Shown: positions 1 to 14,400 of the stretch, in pieces
Position numbering within the stretch: the stretch's first letter is position 1
Layout of the letters: each line of letters opens with the position of its first letter
From: Nemertoderma westbladi
Taxonomy: Eukaryota; Animalia; Xenacoelomorpha
DNA length: 64,000 nucleotides
Assembly (NCBI GenBank): GCA_032718475.1
Contig: JAUCBJ010002448.1
Span: forward strand, 1 to 64,000
Direction of reading: 5' to 3'
Translations under genes and position numbers: made by a program
The notes under the pieces: generated by a model
What the model was told of the DNA's origin: nothing
The model's input: only the letters and a program-made list of their open reading frames with translations
The model's database searches: none

Positions 1-454
1 CATGCAAAACTCGCAATATTGAAGAAAATACATTATTAGATATGTTGGCACGATTCTCATCCAAACATGAAGCCAATTTGCAACAAAGAAACGAAGAATG
101 CTCATGCCTATTGGGACTGTGACTAACAACCATAGATCCATTATTACCGGTACTATTATTGACATTCGTATTATTACTACCACCACCATTACAGTATCTT
201 TCAACTTCACCATCACTGGCATCATCAGTAAAATGTTCAAAATCTGAACCTGATCCTATTTCTTGTAATTCCTGAACAGATATAACTGTACCAGCACTCG
301 AACTACACGAGCCAGATTGAATATCTGGGAGTGGAGAGTCAGTTGGATTGGAATTAATTAAAGATGCAACTTTAATACTCCCAAATACTTCAGCAACTTC
401 ATCATCTAGTTTACGCTTCCTTTCCCTAGCCAATTGTCTAACAGAAGTCATCAT
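1..454 (-). CDS. N-terminal part of a probable CMC/EnSpm-like transposase, running off the window edge
   Basis: Manual translation from ATG 454 is open to position 1 (MMTSVRQLARERKRKLDDEVAEVFG...KLASCLDENRANISNNVFSSILRVLH). The acidic low-complexity stretch followed by L..x..NIS...F..ILR resembles the N-terminus of animal EnSpm-like transposases. Confidence 0.4.
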   Translation of the reverse strand, partial: MMTSVRQLARERKRKLDDEVAEVFGSIKVASLINSNPTDSPLPDIQSGSCSSSAGTVISVQELQEIGSGSDFEHFTDDASDGEVERYCNGGGSNNTNVNNSTGNNGSMVVSHSPNRHEHSSFLCCKLASCLDENRANISNNVFSSILRVLH

Positions 455-1077
455 GCATACATCTAATCCTGTAATATCTCAGACAGAAAAAACACTACTA
501 ACAAATAACTAAGAATAAACTAAAATAAACTAGGGAATTTTAACCAGAAACTGGGGAGTGCATTCCACGTACAGACGTAGGAGGCCCTGGTTCGATCCCT
601 TGACTTGACCAGGTTTTTGGTTTGGGGTTATTCGGAGGACCCCATATAATCCGGACAAATCCGGCCCCATATAATTTATCTAACCATAACGAATGAACTG
701 ATAAACCAATCAAGCTCAGGCAGTCAGGTCAATCTAATCAATCAACATACAAATACAGCCTGAAAGAAATACTACAAAAACCTAGCGGTAACATTCAATA
801 AACCTGCAAAAACCTTCCAAAAACCTGCAAAAACCTAATTTTTGTTTTGAAAAACCTAAGGTTTTTGCCAGCCCTGGCCGGTATATAATGAAATATCGAT
901 AATGGATTCCAACTCCATATTTCAGTACCGGTCTGCCGGTATTACAGTAGGCCTATTAATAACCGGATTATTAATAAACCGGAAAGAGTTTAGCCCGCAT
1001 TTTGGAAAGGTTGATATATCCCGATCGAGATAGGCCTATGTCAGTAGACCTACTGCAGTACCTACAGTCAGCTGGTC

Positions 1078-1488
1078 AGGAACACTGGTCACAATATGTC
1101 CAATTTACAGCCAGAATGTGTCCGCGGAAAACGCTCTCAGAGTGAAATTTCTCCATAGAAAACAATGCTAAATTTCATTTGAAAACCGGCAGTGAAATTT
1201 AAACATTGGCATTCTAAAAATTATGCCATTAGAATCGCCATAAAATTCTGTATAAATTGATTTGAGAATTAGAATCTCATCGTTGGGATAACTATCATAC
1301 AGTCATAATATTAAAAATAAAAATGTGCCCAGCTTCTGCTTTGAGTACTATTGGAGTAACAGCCAAATATGTCCGGAAATATAATCGCAGCCTGTGAAGG
1401 ACAAATAGTGGCTGCACGGACACTTTCTGGCTGTAAATATGTGGACAATTTTTGGCTGAGCTTCAGCCAGAAAGTGACCAGTGTTCCT
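1078..1488. mobile_element. MITE with terminal inverted repeats
   Basis: AGGAACACTGGTCAC (1078-1092) is the reverse complement of GTGACCAGTGTTCCT (1474-1488). There is also an internal inverted pair, TTTACAGCCAGAATGTGTCCG / CGGACACTTTCTGGCTGTAAA. Confidence 0.7.
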
Positions 1489-3797
1489 AACTGACCTATG
1501 TAAGTAAATATTGTAAGTAAATATGTTTTTTCCAGCCCTGGCTGCCCTATTGAAAAGTTTTATTTCTATTTTATTTTATAAGATCATCCGAACTTGCGTT
1601 CGCCATTCGGCGCTTAGTACAGTAGTAGTATTTAATGCAGTAATGCTGAAATGCACAACGAGAACGAGCACCTGTCAGCCTGTCTCACCCGAACACGCAT
1701 CTGGTTTGCGGTCATTTCATTCGCCCAGGCAGCCAGGTGCAGCGGTGCAGGCTGGCAGGTACCGGCTGACCGGTAGCTGGGTAGCAGGTAGGCCTACCGG
1801 TCTGCCGGTACGCGTCTGAGTGTGCAGCATGAATTCAGGAATTCCAACGTGGCATATACTGAGGACCGACGGTACTGATATACAGAAATAGGCCTACTGA
1901 CTGACTGGACATGTACGTACTGACGTACGTCATACATTCAGACATTGTGCATGTATCAGAGTATCTGTAGGCCAATCTCAGTCTCACTTCTCCTTCTCCA
2001 GTTCTCTCTCACGCTCACCACAGGCTGCAACTGCACTGTACTGCTGTATATGTCCAACATCCAACTACAGAACTACAAACTGACAAACAACATCAGAACA
2101 TAAACCTGTCCGCTGTCCTACTGTCTGATTGTCCTACAGTCCTAAGCTACTACAGTCAGACAGTACTACTGTACTACACTGTACTAGACTGCTAGACTGT
2201 ACTGTCAGTGTCAGACTGTAGGTACAGACAGGCCACAGGCAGAGGTAAGACTGTACGGCAGTACGGTACGGTACTCTACTCAGGTACACGTACAAGACGT
2301 ACATACAAGACGTAGATCATGCAGTCCACAGTCTGGCAGTAGGCAGGATGGTAGTCCCTTCCTGGTCCTGCATTCTCCATTTCTACCTACAGTAGAAAGC
2401 TACGGGACATCCAGCACCAGTAAGTTCAAGCTGCGCTGAGGTAAAGGATATGACAGTCATTAGGTCGAGGCGTACAACTGTACATGTATTACAGTTTATA
2501 TTATTACTAGCCAGTAAGCCATCGCACAGATCGCAGATGGATGAATAATGCAATAACTAAATAGTTTATTAAAAATAAATTTGACAAATGAATTATTATT
2601 AATGACCCAGACTATGCCCAATCATGAATCACTGCTTGCAATACATTATGGGTAATCTTTTTATAAAAATCACATAATCGTAATTTTAAGCTAGCATAAT
2701 GTCTGCAATAAGTTAGCAGAAAATTAAACAATTTTAAGCTCGCATAAAGCTTACATATTACAAGCACTAAATATCTCCCCCCAGCATGGCGGATATAGCA
2801 AATGATTAATTAATAGCTTGCATTACATTAACAATTTGACATTTATAACAATGTTTTACTCTATTTATTAAAAACACAATAAAATAGCATTAACTGTGAT
2901 GTTAACCAAAATGCTTGCAATTTGTTAGCACAAGTATGTAAAGTGCAGCGGTTGTGTCACATGCCAGCATTATGCAAGCTTTTTGCTAGGGTGGCTTTTT
3001 GCTAGCTTTTTACTACTAATGTTGTACATATAGTATATTAATAGGAAATAATTATCAATTATTACGGTGTAACGCACGGTACATAATGTTGTACATAGTT
3101 AATATTAGGAAATACTTCTATATCCATTAATGTATAATAATTAAAAAAAAATGTTCTAAAAATTGTTATAAAATTTATTAATTCTATTCATGAATTAAAT
3201 TTTGGCGGCTTTATACCCATTGTTGCCACTTAGTCAGAGGGGTGAGCTTATGTGCACGCCCTTGACTAACAAACAGATGGCAAGTTATTGGCAAATCCCC
3301 CCCCCCCCCCCCCCCGTAGTTTAGTAATAGATCAAAATAGATTCTGGAATATTCTACACAAGTACGGGCAAACATACACTCACCTCATACTAGGGCAAAA
3401 TATTATAGTGGATCAAAACAGATTGCGTCCAGAGCCGCCCCCCCCCCCCCCCCCCGTAGTTTATAAATAGAAGATATTATAAAGAAGTTAATTCATTTAA
3501 TAGATCAATGAAATCTGATTTTACCTTGCAATTTTTGACTAAATTTAATATTATTAAACTGCGATGACAGCTCTGTACCTCCAACACCCTGTGGTGGAGA
3601 AGGTAATGCGGGGTCAGAGATAGGCGAAAGTAAAACAACTTCCTGCCATTTATCAGCTATTGCTGACATTGTTTATTATGGGCGTATTCATCAATACTAT
3701 TGGAAGTACTAGTATATTTGCCAAGAGTTGATTTGTTTATCTGTAATAAAGTGCTCCCCAGCTCGTTTACTACAGACACCAACCCATACAATTCCTC

Positions 3798-4631
3798 CTA
3801 CTTACCCATACTGCGTGGTACACCATGGGGGTGTGTAAGTGTTTCAGCATTTGGTGAATACCTTCTAATACTGTAATAGGTAGTCACCCCCTTCGCCGTT
3901 GGTCGAAGTTGGCGTCCGTTTATAGGATGTTCAACTTTCCAAAAATTGTAAAACTTCCTGTTGTAAACACAGCCGTTGTGTAACGTACTGTAGTATGCCA
4001 CAATCTTTTGGTAGTGCTTATGCCCACGTGTATAAAATAGCGGGGCAAATTTCAAAAGGGCGCATAACATGTTTACTCCCCCAATGGAATTGGAGACGAA
4101 TTCGTCCAGTTGGTCAACGTCGACCTCTGGTAACGCTGTCAACGTGGTTGACAATGTCTCATCTGTTACAAACAACGCTGTAAAGGCGCGGGAGCGAAGG
4201 GGCGCCACGGGTAGATCAATGAAGCCCGGGCCCGCTAGCTCCAGTTGCATAACCCAAATGCTGCTCAAAGCGCCGGTCATGCAGCATCAGTTCCCTGGCG
4301 AGCGGGAGTCACACAGCGGACCCGGACAAGCGGCTCCCACAAACCCGAATGAAACTACCTCCAATGTTGACTCTATTGCGAAGCTGCTCATAGAACAGTC
4401 AATATATGACGACATCAAGGGAAATACCTGGATGTCGGTGGTGCAGACCATCATGGGGACGACGACTTCGAGGGTCGACACGACCGCGAAACTCGTTTCT
4501 CCTTCGAAGTGAGGCTTAATGATGGCGACATACGCCCCGATAGTTACGTCGCGCCAGAATGATAAAGTAGTCCCCACCTCGGCTGCCGTTCGTAAAACCA
4601 ACGAGAACAACTTCCCTGTCGTAACTGCCAT
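3798..4631 (-). pseudogene. Cys-cluster protein of unknown function interrupted by one in-frame TGA (probable transposon accessory gene)
   Basis: ORFs 4287-4631 and 3798-4280 are in the same frame and read ACPGPLCDSRSPGN*CCMTG across the stop. The region is a GC-rich coding-like island in AT-rich flanks. Confidence 0.5.
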
Positions 4632-4972
4632 CTACTGCCTACTGATTGCATACAACATATAGGAGGTATCGGTATCGGATGCTTTTTATTTTGTGATACT
4701 GATTTACGTACATACCTACCGCCATTGCTAAAGTGTTTTACCTAACTTGCTTAACTAGACTAATTAAATAAAGCTAAAATATAACTGTAAAATAAAAGTT
4801 AAAGTATTTTTATGATATTATTAATATATTATATTATGATAAATATTATTATATTTTTATAATTATTATTTATTTCAATGCAACTATAATAATAATAAAT
4901 TAGAAAATAAAGTGTTAATAAAATAAAATAAAATAATAATAATAAAAAATAAAATAAAATAAAAAACCACCA

Positions 4973-6010
4973 GCGGTTCAACCATGCCATACCATTGGTT
5001 TTTTAGCAGAAATCCCCAGTCGGATATTGAATTCGATTTTAGTAACCTATGGTTTAGTGCTGGTAACTTGCGGTTCAACCATGTCCTACCATTGGTTTTT
5101 TAGCAGAAATCCATGGTCGGATATTGAATTCGACTTTATTAACCTATGGTTTAGTGCTGGTAACTTGCGGTTCAACCATGTCCTACCATTGGTTTTTTAG
5201 CAGAAATCCCTGGTCGGATATTGAATTAGAATTTAGTAACCTATGGTTTAGTGCTGGTAACTTGCGGTTCAACCATGCCATACCATTGGTTTTTTAGCAG
5301 AAACCCCTGGTCGGATATTGAATTAGAATTTAGTAACCTATGGTTTAGTGCTGGTAACTTGTGGTTCAACCATGTCCTACCATTGGTTTTTTTACCAGAA
5401 ATCCCCGGTCGGATATTGAATTCGACTTTATTAACCTATGGTTTAGTGCTGGTAACTTGCGGTTCAACCATGTCCTACCATTGGTTTTTTAGCAGAAATC
5501 CCTGGTCGGATATTGAATTAGAATTTAGTAACCTATGGTTTAGTGCTGGTAACTTGCGGTTCAACCATGTCCTACCATTGGTTTTTTACCAGAAATCCCC
5601 GGTCGGATATTGAATTCGACTTTAGTAACCTATGGTTTAGTGCTGGTAACTTGCGGTTCAACCATGTCCTACCATTGGTTTTTTAGCAGAAATCCCTGGT
5701 CGGATATTGAATTAGATTTTTGTAACCTATGGTTTAGTGCTGGTAACTTGCGGTTCAACCATGTCCTACCATTGGTTTTTAGCAGAAATCCCTGGTCGGA
5801 TATTGAATTAGAATTTAGTAACCTATGGTTCAGTGCTGGTAACTTGCGGTTCAACCATGTCCTACCATTGGTTTTTTACCAGAAATCCCCGGTCGGATAT
5901 TGAATTCGACTTTAGTAACCTATGGTTTAGTGCTGGTAACTTGCGGTTCAACCATGCCCTACCATTGGTTTTTTTTAGCAGAAATCCCCGGTCGGATATT
6001 GAATTCGACT
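4973..6010. repeat. Tandem repeat, ~97-bp unit, ~10.7 copies
   Basis: GCGGTTCAACCATG recurs at 4973, 5070, 5167 and onward. Confidence 0.95.
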
Positions 6011-6545
6011 GGGCTGGTAACATAAAACACACGTAGAATTATATTGTAATCTAATAATTATATTCAAATAACAAAATTGAATTAAAGTAAATCAAATTAT
6101 GAAAAAATCATTACAATTATAAAATACTTGTGTATGTAAAATGGCACCACTGAACTATATAAAAAAATATACAAGATCCAAACGTTTTTATCTTAACATT
6201 GATTCGCTGCGGTGGAGACTATATTGCATGCCAAAGTATGTGTATATAGAAAATATGTGTACTCTGGCAAACAACAAATCAAATTATAAAAACACATCGC
6301 ATTGAGTGAGTGTATATTTAAACTACTAAACTATATTATAGGTAAAAAACACTAAACCACTAAAACTGCTTTAGGTAAAAATAAATCAATTTAAAAAAGG
6401 TATTTTTATATTCATTTTTGTAAAACAATATCAATAGGTTTTGCAGTGCAATGCAAAATATATGCATACTGCGGGAAAAGGTGTCTGTAAAAAAAACGCA
6501 GCTATTGAAGTTCCTTAAAGGTAAATTTGAAATAATAACTTAAAA

Positions 6546-6836
6546 TTAAAATAATAATTTGACAAAATAATGGTTCTTGTACGATAAGCACCGCAATTCC
6601 ATAGGCAACCTCGGATAAAAATATGACAGCCATATTTTATGTATTGATGGTGCATCATTGGGATTTAAATATATTTCATAAGCTGTAATGTGTGAATTAT
6701 AGCACAGCGTTTCTAACTTTTGAACAGTAAATAGTGCATCGCTTTCATCTTTAAGTACTTCTAATTTATTTACAAGTCCAAAACAAGGCATTCCAAATGC
6801 GTTATAATCAGAGGTCAATATAATCCTCTTTCCAGT
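6546..6836 (-). pseudogene. C-terminal fragment of a CMC/EnSpm-like transposase (continuation of 18598-19771)
   Basis: TGKRIILTSDYNAFGMPCFGLVNKLEV...LETLCYNSHITAYEI...HYFVKL resembles the P.FG.I / T..Y..H..AY tail of these transposases. It joins to 18598 once the insertion is removed. Confidence 0.55.
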
Positions 6837-6914
6837 TGTGGGGCGAGCCACGAAGTTGGCGGAGCCTTAGCGAATTGACACTGTTAGGGGGTGGGTCAAT
6901 TTATGCAAATAGTT

Positions 6915-6960
6915 GTCGTCGTCGTCGTCGTTGTCGTCGTCGTCGTTGTCGTCGTCGTCG
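6915..6960 (+). repeat. (GTC)n microsatellite within the HINE 5' region
   Basis: gtcgtcgtcgtc run with occasional gtt. Confidence 0.95.
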
Positions 6961-7084
6961 TTACGATTTTGACATGCTAATAACTTTGTCGGATTTAAAG
7001 CTGCCAAGTTGAAAATTTGTAGGTATCAATATGAGCAAAAGTTGAGATTTTTGAGAGACTTTCAGACACCATCAGTGCAATGGT

Positions 7085-8400
7085 CTCCCGCTAGAGGGCC
7101 ACATGTCTAAACATTAAATGCCCTCCCATTTCTTTGCTTTTAATCCGTTTAAGCTGAAACTTGGCAGATATGTATTAGACCATTAGCTGTGACTTTCAAA
7201 GGAGGCGAATCCATCTGCAGTTCTCCAGTCTGCCGCTAGAGGGCGAAATGTCCCGAATGTGAAATTATTCTTCCATTTAGTTGTTTATGATCTGATTACG
7301 CTGAAACTTGTCATATATGTACTAGATGACATCCTGAGTCTTTGTGTGGATTGTAATCGGTCCGAAGTTTTCCAGTCTGCCGGTAGAGGGCCACATGTCT
7401 AAACATTAAATGGCCACCCATTTCTTTGCTTTTAATCCGTTTAAGCTGAAACTTGGGAAGTATGTACTAGACCATTAGCTGTAAATTTCAAAGGAGGCTA
7501 ATCTGTCTGCAGTTCTCCAGTCTGCCGCTAGAGGGCGAAATGTCCCGAATGTGAAATTATTCTTCCATTTAGTTGTTTATGATCTGATTACGCTGAAACT
7601 TGTCATATATGTACTAGATGACATCCTGAGTCTTTGTGTGGATTGTAATCGGTCCGAAGTTTTCCAGTCTGCCGGTAGAGGGCCACATGTCTAAACATTA
7701 AATGGCCACCCATTTCTTTGCTTTTAATCCGTTTAAGCTGAAACTTGGGAAGTATGTACTAGACCATTAGCTGTAAATTTCAAAGGAGGCTAATCTGTCT
7801 GCAGTTCTCCAGTCTGCCGCTAGAGGGCGAAATGTCCCGAATGTGAAATTATTCTTCCATTTAGTTGTTTATGATCTGATTACGCTGAAACTTGTCATAT
7901 ATGTACTAGAAGACATCCTAAGTCTTTGTGTGGACAGTAATCGGTCCGGAGTTTTCGAGTCTGCCGCTAGAGGGCGAAATGTAGGAAAGTGATAACCTTC
8001 GCGAATTCACTAGAAGACATCCTAAGTCTTTGTGTGGACAGTAATCGGTCCGGAGTTTTCGAGTCTGCCGCTAGAGGGCGAAATGTAGGAAAGTGATAAC
8101 CTTCGTGAATTCCTTGATCTTAATCTATTTAAGCTGAATTTTGGAATATACAGTACCGGTATGTACTAGACCACATGCCTCGTCTTTGTGAGGAAGGTGA
8201 TCGATCCGTAGTTCTTTAATATGCCGCTAGAGGGCTAAATGTATGAAAGTGAAAACCTTCCAACATTTCGTTATTTATGATCCGTCAATCGGAAACTTGG
8301 TAGATATGTAATAGACCATAGGCTGTGGCTTTGTAGGGAAACTAATCCTTCCTTCTTCAGTTACCCAGTCTCCCGCTAGAGGGTTAACGTTTTCCGGGAA
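7085..8400. repeat. Internal tandem repeats, ~146-bp monomers organised as 292-bp dimers
   Basis: The CCGCTAGAGGG core recurs. TGCCGCTAGAGGGCGAAATGTCCCG occurs at 7231, 7523 and 7815. Confidence 0.9.
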
Positions 8401-8445
8401 AATCTTCTCCTATGTTTTTATAATCCTTTCGAGTTGATACTTAGC

Positions 8446-11400
8446 ACTAGAGACGGGCCTAGCGGCCCGTGAAGCAAGTCGTAGGAGACAGTACGAATCA
8501 AGTAAACGCTTTTTGTTCTGTCTGATAATCAATTAGTGTGAGGGTAGTCCCGGTGGTGTACGAACATTTTTCTAGACAACTTCAAACTATAATTATTATG
8601 TTGTAATCATCTAATGAATTATAAAAGCTGTTGTGATTATAGAAGATAGAGAGCAGTTAGCGAAATGATTATTTTATTCTATCGGATAGAGTAGTCGGAG
8701 TCTCAGAGAGGAGTCGAGGTGTCAATTGATTAATAACAATAACAGCAGTTGTCATGAATTCAATACAATCGCGCAGAAGAAGTGATAAGACAAATTCGTT
8801 CTTATTTTTGTAATAAATAAAACAAGTTGAGATGTTTCAATGTAAACCGCGATTAACAATTTACACTGTTCAATGTAAACCACGATATTAATTAAATATA
8901 ACAATTATATTATTATTATAACATATTTTTATATTTCAAACAATAATGTTAGCCTTATGGAGAATCATTTTGAGGCTGAGTAAAATATTCAGCCTTATAA
9001 GCATACAGTATTAATGTTGGCACAAAGTTTTCAAAATAAAACAATAATGCAATGAGAGCATAGTACAATACAGTGTGTAGTCAACACACTGTTTAACTAA
9101 CAGTCATTTAGCTTGTACGCCAATTAATTAACATAGCAAGGATGCATTGGGAAGAGTTATTCAGCTGAAACTGTAATAGCCAGTTAAACAAATTAATGTT
9201 TGCTTACTGTCTGGGTTGTATAGTAGAGTGATAATAAAACTTGGCAGAGAAAGTACTTCTTTGTTAGTTGGCCTTCCTATTGAATGCATTACCAGGCCAT
9301 CTCTATACATTTTTCATGAGTGCCAGCTGGTGTTTTATCATTGCGCCTATGGCAATTTTAGTGTTTTGGGGCTATTTTTCGAAATAAAACAAGTTGAGAT
9401 GTTTCAATTTAAACCGCGATTTCACAAGTACCCTTAGAAATCCATTTTCATGGTCCATGCAAAATTTAATCAAAATTGTTAGAGCCGTTTTGGCTCTAGG
9501 TCAGTAGCCAGTAGTCAGTAGCTTTTTTTCTTACAGTAATCAAGTCTAACGACTTGCTAACTAGTGACGGGCCTAGTGGCCCGATAAGGAACCGACTTTT
9601 TATTTTAAATAAAAGAGACAACGAGAATTAGTATAGAACTAATAATTATGTAAAAATACAATCATATTTCATACAATAATTATTAATAAATTCGATCTAT
9701 TATTAGTTGCTCAATTCTAGAACAAAATCGACCTGCAACTAGTGAAGACCTTGTTTTGTAATTTCGAAACCACGCTGGTGCGATGCGCGATATCGTGTTT
9801 AGTTAATAAAGTGAAAACTCCATCAATTCATGTGCAACCAGTTATAAGAAATCGCGATAAATTTAATTTGATTAAAAATAATTCTAGAAAAATTTTCCTC
9901 AAAAAGTATGAAGTCTTGGCATTGGTGACGCGAAACTAGGCTAGTGAGATTCAGGATATTGCGTTTAATATAAAAATCGAAAACGCTATCGAATTCCGTA
10001 AAGGCGTTAATAAAATACTGCAACTTTTTTGAAATTTGTAAAATTCTAGAACTAGAAAAAATTTATTTTTGAACGGCGCTGTTTGGGGTTTCGAAACATG
10101 GATAGGCTGAAAGAGGACATCGAATTAAGTTGAAAAATGAAAACCCCATCGAATTTGGACAAAGCGTTCCGGAGTTATAGCGGATCGAAAAAAATTGACC
10201 CCCCCCAGTCGCCAAAAATTTACAGTAATTTAAAATTTTGCAAAAAAAATTTTTTGCGTTATTTTTGATGGCGAATCGATTGGCAGTACTGGCTACGAAA
10301 AAAATTTTTTGAAATTTTTGGTCAGAAAAAAAAACATGGAAAAAGTATATTCTTAAAAAGATTTGATGTCTTTGCCTATGGTCAGAGAATGATCCAACTC
10401 TGTAACTTGGCAATCGCTCAAATCCATTCAGCTGAATGGCACAGTAGAGTAAACTAAAGTAAATTCCCTATACAATGTTCTGAAGGGGAGACTGACAGAG
10501 AGTCCAACAATAAAACATTTTGCAATAATGTTGACATTAATGTAGCCAACTCACTGTGTACTTAAGTCATTCAGCTTACATTAGCAGAGGGAGATATTCC
10601 CATAGAGTGCGCATTGGGAAGAGTAATTCAGCTGAGGCAATAATAGATTTCAAACTAAACCAACCAGTTAATATTTGCTTTGACAGAGTGTCCTAGGGCC
10701 TAAACAAACAGTATGGGTGTACTAAGTACAATAATCTTGGCAACCTCATCGATTTATACTAAGCCTTGTGTAGAAATCCATTACATAAGCCATTTTTCAT
10801 CACGACACCAGCTGTTATTGGTGTTATTTTACCATTGCGCCTATGGCGTTTTTTCGTTTATGTCTATTTTTCGAGCCCACGGCTCATGGACGAAATAGCG
10901 GAACATACCAGGGACCTTAGAATCGCGGTATCCAGCCGCTGTGAAAATTTCATCAAAATCGTTAGAGTAGTTTTGGCTATAGATTAACCAGCCAGTCAAT
11001 CAATCAGCCAACAATTCTTACAGTAATGAACCTCTCGGTTCCTAGAGTAGTTTTGGCTATAGATTAACCAGCCAGTCAATCAATCAGCCAACAATTCTTA
11101 CAGTAATGAACCTCTCGGTTCCTAACTAGTGACGGGCCTAGCGGCCCGATAAGGAACCGACTTTTTATTTCAAATAAAAGAGACAATGAGCTCGGCTCGG
11201 TCTGGCATGATTGGGCCCGATTCAGTTCGACTTGGCTTGATCGGCTCGGTTTGGCTCGATTGGGCTAGACTCGGCTTGATTGGGCTCGACTTGACACATC
11301 TCGATTCGGCTCAATCGGCTTGATTGGGTTCGATTCGGCTCGGTCCAGCTCGACTCGGCTCGATTGGGCTCGAATCGGCTCGATTGGGATTGATTGGGCT

Positions 11401-14400
11401 TGACTCGGCTCAACTTGGCTCAGTCCGGCTCGATTGGGCTCGACTTAGGCTTGATTGGGCTCGAATCGGCTCTATTTGGCTCGACTCGATTCGATTGGGC
11501 TCGACTCGGCTTGATTGGGCTCGACTCGACTCAGTCCGGCTCAATTTGGCGTGACACGGCTCAATTGGGCTCGGCTCGGCTCGGTCTGAGTCGACTCAGC
11601 TCGATTCGGCTCAATCGGCTCGATTGGGTTCGACTCGGCTCGGTCTGGCTCGACTTGGCTCAATTGGGCTCAATCCGCTCGACTCGGCTCGATTGGGATT
11701 GATTGGGTTTGACTCGGCTCGATTTGTCTCAACTTGGCTCAGTATGGCTCGATTGGGCTCGACTTGGCTCGGCCCGGCTCAATTAGGCTTGACTAGGATT
11801 GATTGGGCTCGACTCGGCTCTATTGGGCTCGACTCGACTCGATTGGGCTTGCCTCGCCTCAGTCTGGCTCGACTAGGCTTGATTGGGCTCAACTCGGCTC
11901 CGTTCGGCTTGACTCGGCTCGATTGGGCTCGACTCGGCTTGATCGCCTCGATTGGTTCTATTCGGCTCGATCAGTATGATTCGGCTCGATTGACACACGC
12001 TGCTGGAAGGGTCAAAGCCAAACTCACGTGCTGCACGAATGGACAAAGTCAAACAGTGTGTCTATTATTTGATGTAACTCACGTGCTGCTCGAAGGGCGC
12101 AACATCATATATCAAGGGTCAAAGCAAAACTCACGTGCTGCTAGAAGGGACAAAGTCAAACATTGTGTCTAATATTTGATTAACTCACGTGCTGCTCGAA
12201 GGGCGCAACTACATATATCAAAACAAGCCCCTGTCTTGTATTTTAATAATAATATAATAATATACACTTCCCAACGGGGTAAATGAAATTCGGTAAAATC
12301 ATATTATTATTTTATCAATAAAATAGATATAAAATAAAAATAAAAACAAATCAATTTGTATTTTAATTTATATCAGAAATCGTTGCCATGCTTAATGTAC
12401 TATATTTTGGTCCCATGACCCACCCCATTGAACAGCTTTGCTTACATCTGATAGAGAGTAATCCCAAATTAACTTCCCTCTACGAAAATTATTTTAATTA
12501 AATACATGCAACATAGCAGTCTACTCTACAGTCAACAGTAGTAGGCCTACACAATAACTAAAATGGCATTCAGCTTACCAGCTATTCGCATTAAGCTAAT
12601 AGATATTCGATTTCATTGGATTCAGTGAGTGTGTGAGGGCTATTGGGAGAGCAATCAGCTTATGATGTAATACATTAGAATCCCACAGCTTTTGTTTGCT
12701 TACTGTCTGAGTTTGTTGTAGAGTGAGGATAATACGTGGCAGAGAAAGCATTTCCTTGTTAGGTGGCCATTCCTATAGAATAGCATTACTAGGCTATCTC
12801 TATCCATTTTTCATGAGTGCCAGCTGGTGTTTTTATCATTGCGCCTATGGCGTTTTTTCGTTTATGTCTATTTTTCGAGCCCACGGCTCATGGACGAAAT
12901 AGCGGAACATACCAGGGACCTTAGAATCGCGGTATCAAGCCACTGTGAAAATTTCATCAAAATCGTTAGAGTAGTTTTGGCTGTAGATCAGTCAGTCAGT
13001 CAGCCAGTCTCGAGTTCTAGAACAAAAACGACATGCAACTAGTGAAGACCTCGTTTTGGAATTTCGAAACCACGCTGGTGCGATGCGCGATATCGTGTTT
13101 AGTTAATAAATTGAAAACTCCATCAATTCATGTGCAACCAGTAATAAGAAATCGCGATAAATGTAATTAAATAAAAATTATTCTAGAAAAATTTTCCTCA
13201 AAAAGTATGAAATCTTGGCATTGGTGACGCGAAACTAGGCTAGTGAGATTCAGGATATTGCGTTTAATATAAAAATCGAAAACGCTATCGAATTCCGTAA
13301 AGGCGTTAATAAAATACTGCATCTTTTTTGAAATTTGTAAAATTCTAGAACTAGAAAAAATTAATTTTTGAACGGCGCTGTTTGGGGTTTCGAAACATGG
13401 ATACGCTGAAAGAGGACATCGAATTAAGTTGAAAAATGAAAACCCCATCGAATTTGGACAAAGCGTTCCGGAGTTATAGCGGATCGAAAAAAATTGACCC
13501 CCCCCAGTCGCCAAAAATTTACAGTAATTTAAAATTTTGCAAAAAAAATTTTTTGCGTTATTTTTGATGGCGAATCGATTGGCAGTACTGGCTACGAAAA
13601 TTTTTTTTTGAAATTTTTGGTCAGAAAAAAAAAATGGAAAAAGTATATTTTTTAAAAGATTTGATGTCTTTGCCTATGGTCAGAGAATGATCCAACTCTG
13701 TAACTTGGCAATCGCTCAAATCCATTCAGCTGAATGGCACAGTAGAGTAAACTAAAGTAAATTCCCTATACAATGTTCTGAAGGGGAGACTGACAGAGAG
13801 TAATCCAACAATAAAACATTTTGCAATAATGTTGGCATTAATGTAGCCAACTCGCTGTGTACGTAACAGTCATTCAGCTTACATTAGCAGAGTGAGATAT
13901 TCCCATAGATTGCATTGGGAAGAGTAATTCAGCTGAGGCGGTATTACATTTCAAACTAAACCAACCCGTTAATGTTTGCTTTGACAGAGAGTGGTGGCCT
14001 ATACAAACAGTATGGGTGTACTGAGTATAATAATCTTGGCAACCTCATCGATTTATTACTAAGCCTTATGTAGAAATGCATTACATAAGCCATTTTTCAT
14101 CAGGACACCAGCTGTCATTGGTGTTATTTTACCATTGCGCCTATGGCGTTTTTTCGTTTATGTCTATTTTTCGAGCCCACGGCTCATGGACGAAATAGCG
14201 GAACATACCAGGGACCTTAGAATCGCGGTATCTAGATGCTGTGAAAATTTCATCAAAATCGTTAGAGTAGTTTTGGCTGTAGATCAGTCAGCCAGTCAAT
14301 CAATCAGCCAACAATTCTTACAGTAATGAACCTCTCGGTTCCTAACTAGTGACGGGCCTAGCGGCCCGATAAGGAACCGACTTTTTATTTTAAATAAAAG

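Noticed and set aside
570-610. tRNA-like B-box GGTTCGATCCC
   Set aside because: No recognisable A box or cloverleaf; at most a SINE remnant.
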